A DNA stretch of 64,000 bases from Antedon mediterranea (taxonomy: Eukaryota; Animalia; Echinodermata). Of this stretch, positions 15,401 to 27,400 are shown one piece after another. Position 1 is the stretch's first letter, and every line of letters begins with the position of its first letter. The stretch spans positions 24,006,070 to 24,070,069 of the forward strand of contig NC_092671.1 in the NCBI RefSeq assembly GCF_964355755.1, in the 5' to 3' direction. The notes beneath the pieces were generated by a model, which was given only the letters and a program-made list of their open reading frames with translations, did not search any database and had not been told where the DNA came from. The translations under genes and the position numbers were made by a program.

Positions 15401-18400
15401 TATTATAGCAACTTGATTGGTTAATTACGCATTGACACATTTCATTTGGAATTAACCCAAGTGATATCTAATGGTGGTAATTTACACGTTCTAATGCACA
15501 TTCATATTTTCATAACTATATTCAGATATTGTTGACTGGTCGCTTTCCGAAAATCAACTTCTAACTGCTCTACTCAGTGTCTCAAGTTGGAGCACTGCTT
15601 TTTTTAATGGTCTAGCATTTATCAATGATTTACGATGGATAAATTGAATAAAAGTAGGTGTGTTATGAACAAATAATGAATATTTTGTATTCATGAATTG
15701 ATAGAATATGTCATTCGATAAAAAAAGTTCTGCTCTGTTTTAAACTTAGCTTAGCGTTGTTAAAGATAGAGCTGTAAATTGTTCAACTCATGAAATGTTC
15801 CTACCATCCAACTCATAAAACATTCAATATTGTAGAAAATTGTAAAAAAGTTTAATAAAAGTCATTGATTTATATAAAACGTTGAACTGGAAGTTAAAGT
15901 CAAGTAAATGACCTTGCTTAATGCTACAAAAGTGGAAAAAATAAAAATTAGAACATTTTGTATATAATACATTTGAAAGCATAGATAATCTACAACATAT
16001 TTTAATTTATTGTACATTATTGCTTACCTCCATCTCGTCCTGTGTAAGTGTATAAAGAATGATAGATAGATAGACAGATATAGATATAAATATTATAAAG
16101 TTCAGACAAAATATGATGCAACATATTTATTAATCAATTAAAATTGTTAAAATGAAATAATGGTCTAATGTTATAATGGTAAGGCATCTACCTATTACAT
16201 TTACAGTAACACATCCAAATGCCAACTTTAAGTCAATGGCTACCAGATGTCTCTGTGAGACGGTTATTTGAACCAGTACCAGTACCAGTATTATATAATT
16301 GTCTCCTACAAGTACTAAAAATATTATTAAAGCCAATTATTTTACATATTCACAATTTATAATGTTTGCTTTGACTCACCTCTTCGTCCTTTAGATTTAA
16401 AGATGTAAAAAAGAGAGATGTTTAGTAAGAATGATTTAGCAGAAATGAAGTAATGGTTCTTTAATCATTTACATGAAAAAGAACAAGCAAGTTGTTACTC
16501 ATCTAATCAATGTCTATTTTTTTATCTGCACTTAAGTTAAGTTAACTGTAGTTAATAGTTTTGTGTAGAGCTCAATAAAGATTATTTCATCTTACTCACC
16601 TTTTCGGCCTGCATTTGGATTAGGGTGTGCAAGAGATAGATAGAAAGAAATTGTTGTTTGGATAAAATATAGTATTGATTGTAATTGATACCATAAAAAG
16701 GATAGTGTATGAAATTAACCATTTGTATTATATGTATATACATAGAAATATGAAGCTTGTCAATGTTATATGTTATATACACTATTACTACATTTACTAT
16801 TCCTATGTTTTATACTATACATGTTATTTTTGTATGCATTGAATTTTTGAAATAAAAGTTTATATTACTTATTACTTGTTTGGTTAGATGTCCTTATTAC
16901 TGAGAACATCTGGTTTCATATAAATTAAATTTAGTTTGACTCACCTCTTCGTCCTGAGATTTAGAGTAAGATGTAAAATAGGAAAGAGAATTTATAGTAA
17001 GAATTAATGAAGTAGATACTATATAAGCAAGTTTGAAAAAGTAAAAAGTCAATTTCCTCAAAACGTCCCTCAATACCTACTCCCGAAACCATAATTTCTT
17101 ATTATTTGATTCAATTTTAGTTTTTACTTACCTCTTCGTCCTAAGATTTAAACATGCAAATATAGGAAAAGAAATATGAACAAAATGATAACGTAGATAT
17201 AACATTATAGTGTGAAATCTCCTTATACATTAAATGACCCTGAATCAAATTCTACTATGAAAAAAATGCTATTTGAAGACAGCAAACTTTACTTCACTAC
17301 AGAAATTTGATTTATGAAGGCAATGTCATAATTAAACTTTTTAGATGATTTATTGTATTTCAGTTTTATTTACACAATATTTAGATACTAAGCTTGAATC
17401 TTGTCTTGAACCATGTCTTCAACTCATATAAACACATAATTTTGATCCACATGGTGAATAAAACTAAGTATCAGAATTTACTAAAACTACAGTAATTTTG
17501 TTTGGTCAGTTTCAACTGATACTTTCAAGAATTAGGTGAATATTTGGTAAACTTCTTTTACCACTTTGAGCCTGCAATCCACCTTGAGGATAAAGCCTAT
17601 CGCTGAAATGATCCATTAAGGCAAATTTATACAGGTAAAGGTAAAGGTAAGCGGAAAAGGTTGTAGGTGCTTGTTGGCCTCGAGGCTAGTGCATGTTGCA
17701 GGCACTGCTGGCCTGGACTAGACTATTATGACTGTCTGTCAGTAGGCTTAAATTAGGCCTGGTTTTAGAGGTGCTTGTCTAATAATGTTGCAAATGTATC
17801 TGTTCTTTATACAAACACACATTCACGTCATAGTTGTTTGTATTTTTGAAGAAGTTTCAAAACTAGGCTAGGGCATGGCACTCATATTTATTGTCATCTT
17901 GGACTCGACGGACTCACGCAAAAAAATTGTTGATTGATGACGTCACATCAATCATGCCGTTGATTGGCCAGAACCCACAATTACCGAGTGATATTTTCAA
18001 AAAATCAAATCTGTTTCTATCCTGAGCAGGTTTCTGCTCAATCGCTTGTCCGCGTTCTGTTTAAATTGTCATAAGAAATAACATAGATTCTATTTTTTTG
18101 TTTTCAGCTTACCATTACTGCTCGTCTGTGTAAATTGGCCTTTACCCTCATAAGCTTCTCTTATAACTTGCCATTAATTTATGTGGGATGAGCTTATTAC
18201 CAGAATCAGAACCGCATGTATATTTCTGTTTTATGAAACATTTAACAAATAAAACCAAAATAAACTTACCTCTACGGGATGGTCTTTCTCTTCTTCGATG
18301 ACGATCTCTGCGACTTCTTCCTCCATCTGATTTTGACAAATGCAAATACAAAATTAAATGTATGACATCATGATACAAAACAAATATGAAAAAATACAAA

Positions 18401-21400
18401 TTACTAATTTCTGAAAACAGTATTAATACACTAAATACAAATATACAATTTATTCGAAAGTTAGGCCATGTGTGCCTTGGCTTTCAAATAACTAAGAAAA
18501 TGATCCTGACATAAAAACAAAGCATACTTACCATCTTGAATAGTTTCCCAGATAGACCTCAGTGCTTGTTGATCTAAACAAAATATATATTATTTTTTAT
18601 CTGCCTTTAGATAATATGTAAGCTTGGTGTATTTATTGACAAACAAGGAAACCATACAAATCAAGAGCATAATGTTAAATTGGCAGATCCATCCCAAGAA
18701 AAATAAATTAGTTAGTTAGAACTAATGAATTAGCTAATTAATTTGATGTAATTATATATTTTTTCATTACAAATTAAGAGACTATACTATTACTATATAA
18801 CTTAAAATTTAATGACAAAAACGATTGACGTTTGGGAACCATCATGGAACCATTCTTAAGAACAAATAAATAAAATCAACAACTATACAAAATACAATAT
18901 ATTCTAAACTAGTATACTAACCTCCATCAAAACCACATCGATATGTGACATCCAAAAACTTGTAAGTGCCTGGACATGGATCTCCAAAATGACTATTAAT
19001 TGCATCTATAGAACAACTGTGTTCCCCCTGGCATGCATCTCGCAGAACAGAGAGAGAGTGCTCTGATGTGCATTCAGTTGTCTGGATGCTACTATGAGGG
19101 CAACTATCTGGATCTGTCCTACCATACATTGCATCCATAATGTCAATATCAGAATGCCCACAATGAAGATTCATTCTGTCATGTTCACACACTTTCATAG
19201 TAAATGGTGCAGAAAATCCTAGAAAAATATTTATCCTTATTTATCATTTAGCATATAAATAAATTATAAATGGTTAATTGATTCAGTGTGAAAGACTATT
19301 TTCTAATTGGTCCAAATTTGGTCAAATTATTGAAATGTGCAATTGGAAACATACCTTCTCGTTCTGTGTTTTCTGCAAATGTAAATAGAAATATATTTAT
19401 GATAAAAAAACATCAGTGTAAAAATTTAATGAGAAAAATAACATTGGTTTCATTTATTTGCCTCTATGAACTTAAGATAACTAAACATTTTCTCTGATCA
19501 GGGAAGTGTAATTTCATTCTTCCCTGCACCTTTAGGTTTATCAAGAATTGGTGTTATCCTTTCTTTGCTCTATGGGAGCATTTCTGTAATTAGTTTTTGT
19601 ATCTAGATAACATTTAAGGAACAAAACTCATTTTTAGCTCTATTTGAAAACCCAAACTTAAACTTCATATTACACATTTGTTAGTCCTAAAGTATTTCCG
19701 AAAAACGTTACCTGAGATACACTGGTAAGTTATTTTTAGGTATTTGCTTTGGCCTTCACATGGATTACCAAAGAAACGTATATCAGCTGGAATGCTGCAT
19801 GAATGCAAGTTATTGCAATGCTGTTTCACCAAGAAAGTAGCTGAATTAGCAGTACATGAAAGGTCTTGATTACTTTCATCATTTTCACATATATTACTTT
19901 CAGCACGACCAAAGAATGCTGACTCAATGTATATATTCTCTGCACCACATTCCATCTCAATATTTTCATTTTCACAAACAATTTCTTCATTTGTGATTAC
20001 GTGAGATACAATTTCTAGAATAACATTTGATAGAAATATTTTTAGTAATTTTGGTAACCTGATATTTAACTTGCAGGGACAGTTTAAATAAAAAACCAAT
20101 GTGAGTGGGAGAAAACTTCTAAAACTGATAATGTTAAAACAATTATAAAGAGTGATAAAAATACACAGACCTCCGTACAAATTCATGTACAAAAGTTTAC
20201 ACAAAACTCTACAACCAATCAATCTACTTGACTGGTATCAAGCCAGTTTGCCAAATCACACTTTACTGAATAATGGACATTCGACTAATGGAAACAAATT
20301 ACGATTATGATCAAGTTCAAAATCAAACTGAGATTCAGCAAATTGAAGTTTGGCAAACTAGGATTCGGCCAACAGGCCTAGAATAATGTGAATAAATGAA
20401 ATTCTCAATGCATATGGCTTTGCAGTCATCAAAATGTGCATGTACCTTCACATGTTTCTATACCATTTCCTTCATAGCCTTCATTACAATAACACCCATG
20501 ATTTCCTTCAACTGATATACAAGCAGCATTTGAATTACAATGCATATCACTGCATACAATATTCCGTCCAACAGTGCACTGACATGACATTGAACAGTTC
20601 AGTGCTGTCCACTGTGAATGCAGCTACAAATAGACACAAATATAATTAGTAAAAACGAAATTAATGTAAGGCATGTAAAATCAAACACAGATTTACAAAC
20701 TGCATAGTAACACAAGAAAATAAAAAAATAATTATTAAGATTCGACAATAGCGTAATTAATAGAAAAGAAATAATAGAAAAACTAAAGGTATACATATTT
20801 AGCCATGTTCAATATTATAATACGTATCTTGCTCCAAATGGTTCAATAATAAGTTTAATGATAATATAATCTTCAGGAATAAATAATATTTAAAGTGTGA
20901 CCATTGAGATTAGATTAGTTAAATTTATACTATAGTTCCATGGTACAGCACAAGCATGGAAGCATTAGCTTTCCTCCATGGTGTTAAGCTGTAAAATCAA
21001 TTTACAAATAAAAATTAAGAGAAACAAATTAAGAATCCAATCAAAAATAAGTATCAATAAAATAAACAGAAGAAGTCTGAGAAAAACTAGTGTCAAATAA
21101 ACTAAAATAAATAAACATTATCATTCTCATCCAAATCAGTTACGTAATCCTATAATGTGTTGAAAACCATCAAAAGACTGTACTGTATGTAAATATGACT
21201 AAACTAATGTTTTTGCTGAGTCTAGTAATTAAACATTGGTCATTTTTGCATAACCATTATATTGAAGGTATAATAAAACATTAATGCGCTTTATATTAAG
21301 GGATTAAATCAAAATTGGACTTACTGGAAAGTAAAATCCTTCATCATCATTGCAACCACATTCAGCAAGCGGAATACACACTGTTCCTTGCCGTATAAAA

Positions 21401-24400
21401 CCCTCATTACATTCACAACCTTCAACACAAGGTTCATCACAATCTTCCTCCCGTTCTATTGATGGACATGTTGATTGACAAGCAGACATACAATCAGAAT
21501 AATGACTGTTTTCTTCGCATTCAATAGCTTAAAACAAAATATTGAAAAGGTTTATTCTTTTAAACAAATCAAATGGTTTAAAGTTTCATTGAATACTAGT
21601 AAAACATGGTGATTCCGATTTATGAAAAATAAATGATATTAAAATGTCACACTATCATCATACTGTAAACATAGACATCATTTTTCTATCTATAATTGAA
21701 GATTGCCCTTTTTTCTTTCTATAGTTACTTTCAATATTCTGAATCATGTTCTAAAACCACATATTGCCTGGAATGAATAAATATACTGTATTCCAATCTT
21801 TACAAAACCGTCTGCATATTTGTGACTGGGTTTGAAAATGTTGTCAATGTGTGTAAGCATTGTAAAATATACAAACGATTAAATCATGGCAGTTTCGCTT
21901 ACTGTTGTTTTGAATTGAATAAAATATGGCACTTACGGCACAATGAAGATGTTCTGAATGAGCTAAGAGCTATACCAGCTTCTCTACAGGTGTCAAAATA
22001 TTCTTCCAAATTATTGCACAGTTGAGTGGAATCGCCTAAATGGCACATATCAAACAGGCAACTATCAAAGATAGGTTGATTGTCTTCTGTGTCAAAGCAA
22101 GGTGCAAATGGACCAGTGGCAAGTGTAAGAATACCACATTGATCTTCTGCACCATACAGATTATTTTCATCTTCGCTACATTCAGGAATCTCACTTGAAT
22201 CAATTGCACGACATAATGGACTAAAAAAACAAATTTATAAAATAATATTACCTTACTATGACATTTAACAATATATTGTACACCAAATTCATGTGCAAAA
22301 AAAGCAAAAAGACCTGTAAACTTTATAGACAAATTTATTAAGGTGGATACTTTAATAGAATCTGTATTTATTATACTGTAGTGACCTAAACTTGTGTTCT
22401 GTTTAAAAGAAGTTAACAGTAATCTTAATTTTTATATGAATATCTTGATATTTCTTTTATGAATATTTAATTAGTTTCTTTTTAACATTTGTTTGCTGCA
22501 AAAGATAATTTTGTATGTATCACACTCTATCTCACACCCTACGTTGGCCTTGATTCGTCGTTCCGATGAAAACGCGTAGTGACCGTGCAGAGTCACTTTG
22601 TCTTTGCCTCTATAAATTTGACCATGGAGAATTACTCCATTATTCAACAATGCAGTGCTAGTTATTGGGTGAAAACAATGCATAGAAGTAAATCACCAAA
22701 AGACCAAAATGATAAAATTGAATTTTATTTGCTTAAAAAAAATTAAAAATGTAATTATTAATACTGTCAATACATTGTCATCGTTGTTATAATTATTACG
22801 ATTTTCACTGACTAACATCAACTGATCAGTATTCGAATGCTTACCCTTGATCAACATTCCAACTATTACCCCATTCATTCGCATCATCAGTTAATGAACC
22901 ATCTGGAAGCATTAGGTCATTGTCAGGATTCCCATCATAGTTACCACATAAACCCTGCACTCTGCCTTGGTATTCATCACTAACACCAACTACAATTTTA
23001 GAATGGCCATCCCATGACAACCAAAATCCAATGTCAGTAACAACCAACACCTTCCTACCAGACATAGATACTGACAAGTGGTTTGATGGAAGGTATGGTA
23101 GAACAGATCTTACACCATTTATCTGCAAACATAAAAATTACTAAATATATCCGATTTAAAAAATAGACATTCATATCAAAGATAAACTTAAATGTTGTAA
23201 GTAACATTTAGTTGATTTATTGAAATTTTAACAATTCAAATACCCTTTTTAAGATTTTGGAATCATATACAAATTTCTATAATCAGCATGGAATAGTTCA
23301 ATTTCAAGAGTACTAGTAAGTTCTGATTGTATACTCACGCCAGAAATCAAGCATAAACTAAATATAATAAAGGGCATCTATTATTACTAAGTGATTCTGC
23401 CTCTGCTTGATATGTACACCCTACTATATATTAGGCCACCACAGCATGTTATAAGAGTTACAATAGATTATCTGATAAAACTTCTAGAAAGTAGGAAGCT
23501 TTTTGCCATTTTCCCTTTGACTGACCAGGGCTTTCATGGTGTTGAATAGTAAACTTTTTTCATCATGAACATGGTAAAGTGGAACGCAGTAAAACACAGA
23601 AACCCTAAACTGCAAAGGGATAATAATTTCAACAGTACATAAATGTATGTATAAATGTATTTTGTATGAATTTACTTACCAAAGTATCTAAGCCTCTGTT
23701 GAGCTGGATTGTTATTCCACTAACATTAACAAGCACATACTCAGCTAAAGTAACATGTGGACGAGATCTGTATTGGTTTTTAACATTTACACTAAATGTT
23801 GGTTCATTGCTATCTGTCACATCTTGGATGAACGTATATGTACAATTACCCTGAAAATTTTTTCGACGACCGTCAAATGTTATATAGTGAGGGTCACCCC
23901 ATCCTATACATGTATTAAATGAGTTATCTTTTCTAAGTCTTCGTATTGGTGTTTCTTCATTTCCTGTTTATTAAACAAAAATTAACTTAATTTTCATGTT
24001 GATATAACAAAAGTATATGTTACATAATGATTTTTTTCTAACAGACCTTTTTCTTTTGTGATATCTAGAAAAGATTTCTATCTCTCTCTAGCTTAATGCT
24101 AAGTAAACATTATAGAATTTATATTTCATAAATAATGTGAACATTTTGAAATTGTAATACTTTATAGAAAGATAGGTGTAAATGATTAGGTCTAGTCAAC
24201 TAGTCTGTTTTAATAATTGTATTTTATTATATAATGTATATTTAAAATTGTAATTATACGTTAATATTAATGTTAAATGTTATTATATTATTTATCCAAT
24301 GTTTATAAATTGTCACGTTTGTTGTAATTCAGTTTTTTTTAACTGCAAGAACAATTGAAATAAATAAACCTTGATTATTATTATTTTATTTTCCTAATTT

Positions 24401-27400
24401 TAGACAATGATCTTCTATTCAAAGCAGATTGTGTACTATGATGTGTATGATACACAGACTTACCATTATCTCCACGGCAACAATAGGTAACTCTAAGAAA
24501 CTTAGTTACTCCTCTGCAGGGGTCACCAAACACAGAGTTATTGGCTCGAACCTTACACCTACGTCTACCATTACATTCAGATCTGACCACATCTAAAGAC
24601 CCTTCAGCCAAACAGTCAATGGGATGCGAGTCTCGCCCTCCACATGACTCCCTTTCATCTCTACCGTAAATGGCATCAATAATCTCTATGTGACCAGAAT
24701 TGCAGTTTAGTTCAAGTTTTTCACGTTCACAAACTTGTGTACTGTCTTCTTCACATACTGTTTCTGGTTCACCTATTACTGGTTCAACTGTTTCAGCTGT
24801 TACTGGTGCAACTGTTTCACCTGTTACTGGTTCAACTGTTACTGGTTCAACTAAAAATAGGCATGTTTTTTCATAAATTTGATTTTTTTTTAAAGCCATT
24901 TTTAAGTGCATGGTTTTTAAAGTTTAACATGCATGTTATTCGTTGTTATATGGCAGTTTCATAAAAATGAATGAAATCTATCACAAAAGGTATACAGAAC
25001 CAAAATTATTTGCAAAAATGGTCTTTCTACGCTGTTTATGTGCAGTGCGCATACATATGCGCGCATGATGCAAATCTAATGTCAATCTAAGTTGTTCCAT
25101 TCTACAGCCTAACTTAATTATGAGGATTCAATTCCCTTTTTTAAAATTATTTTAATTTGCCAATTTGATCTCAAAGAAATAAATAAAAATGTTCAACAAT
25201 ATCAAGCCTGAATAAATGAATACTGTATGCTATCTATACAATACACAAAGACCAACCACTAACAAAAAAAAAGATTTTTAAAATGTTTTAAAAGTGTATT
25301 CATCCTTTCAACAAATCATTTGAGTGAGTTTTTTTTGTTTGCATTTTGCATTGTTAAATATGTTTGGAAAACAAATAACATTTTATAAAATGTACCTAAT
25401 GTAACCCTATAAGTTAATGTCACTCAAAGAGGGTGTTCAGAGTGAGACCTTGTGGGTGTTAAGGATGGAGAGACTCATGTTTTTAGACTGTTACAGTATG
25501 TTGGAACAACCCAATAAAGTGTTGTATTTATAGCTGGATTTCAAGACTCTGCGTGATTGATTATTACCACTAAATACAATCATAGGTTAACTTAGTTCTG
25601 TTTTACTTATATTTACTTTAAATCATAAAAACATAATTGTGTATTGTGTACCAACCTTCACAACAGTAACTGACTCTGAGAAACTTATATGTTCCAGGAC
25701 AAGGGTCTCCAAAAACAGCATTTGTAGCAGAAATGTCGCAGTCACTTTCCCCCTGACAAGTTCTTCTTACTTGCTCTAATGAAGACTCTGCTCTACAATT
25801 TGTATTTTGATTTGTATTTCGACTACAAGCTTGTCTAGAATCACGCCCATAAAGAGCATAAATGATGTTGATGGTACCTTGCTCACAGTGTATGTTCATT
25901 GATTCATGTTCACAAACTTCTGAAGTCTGTGCCACACAGTTTACTAAAAAACAACAACCAAGAATGCACCATATGAGTATATAAACAAAAAAGAAACTTT
26001 TAACAATCGTTTTGTATAGATGCTCAACAATCTTCTGAAAAGGCATAACATTTTTTATACAGGAAAAGACAATTTTATCACAAAATCACTATTATTGCCT
26101 TCAATGCATGAATAATATGCATGACATTTATTTAACGTCTCGACAGGAATACAGTTTGAGTTAACAATCAGGAAACTTTATTTTTACAAAGCATACAAAT
26201 CATTTTATAGCTAAATCATTACTATACTACTTTATATAGATTAACAAAATACAGAGACTACTATTATAAGAAAGCTCGCAAAACTAATGAACCTGAAGAC
26301 TGGGACAAAGTTAAACAACTGAGAAATCAAGTTAATAATTTAAATAGGAATTTAAAAAGAAAATATTGTACAACTACTATTAACGAAAATGCTAAAAATC
26401 CCAAGAAATTATGGAATACAATAAATAAATTAATACCTAAAACTAAACCCAGTATAAATAATGTATATAAAGATAACAATAAAAACTATACATCCAATGA
26501 TAAGGACACAGCCAATGTTTTCAATGCTCATTTTACTTCAATTGGAAGTTCTTTAGCAAATCAATTTACTAACTCCAATAATACTAACTCCAATAATTAT
26601 ACTAGTAACACTTCAGAAAATTGTTTTGCGGGTAACAAATTTGAATTTGATCTTCTTACCCCTGATTACATTTTTAACCAGTTATGTACATTGTCACCTA
26701 ATAAAGCTAAGGGTGTTGATAACTTTGATTGCAAACTTCTTAAACTAGCTGCTCCGATAATTTGTGACTCACTCTCATATATTTGTAATTTTTCTATGTT
26801 CAGTTCTAGATTTCCAGATGAATGGAAACTAGCTAAGGTAACACCTGTATATAAAGATGGGGATATGTCAGACCCTTATAATTACCGCCCAATTTCCGTT
26901 TTACCCATACTTTCAAAACTCTTAGAATCAATCAATTATACTTGTATTTAAGAACTAACAACCTTATTAATCCCTCCCAATCGGGCTTTAGAAGAGGTCA
27001 CTCTACAGAAACTACTCTTTTAGATGTAACTGATTATATTTTAGATAACTTTGATAAAGGACTCTTCTGCTGCTTTATTTCTTGACTTGAAGAAAGCATT
27101 TGATACAGTTAACCATGAAATATTACTTACCAAATTAAGGAATTATGGGTTAAATGATATTGCACTTCACCGGTTTAAATCATATTTAAGTGGACAACCT
27201 CAAGTTGTTTGTATAAATTCAACAAAATCTGAAACCATGAATGTTAATATTGGTGTCCCACAAGGATCAATACTTGGACCTTTACTATTTATTTTATACG
27301 TAAATTCACTTCCTGATTTTCACGCTGCTGCTCTAGCCCGCTACGTCCCATTAGGACTACTCAATCAGAAGCTAAAGCAAGCAGCAGTTATAGTTCTAAG

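Noticed and set aside
18113-18125. 13-nt exon-like segment (tttacacag|ACGAGCAGTAATG|gtaagc) resembling the 16028 microexon
   Set aside because: Not a multiple of 3, so it would frameshift; possibly a decayed paralogue or poison exon, but not supportable as coding
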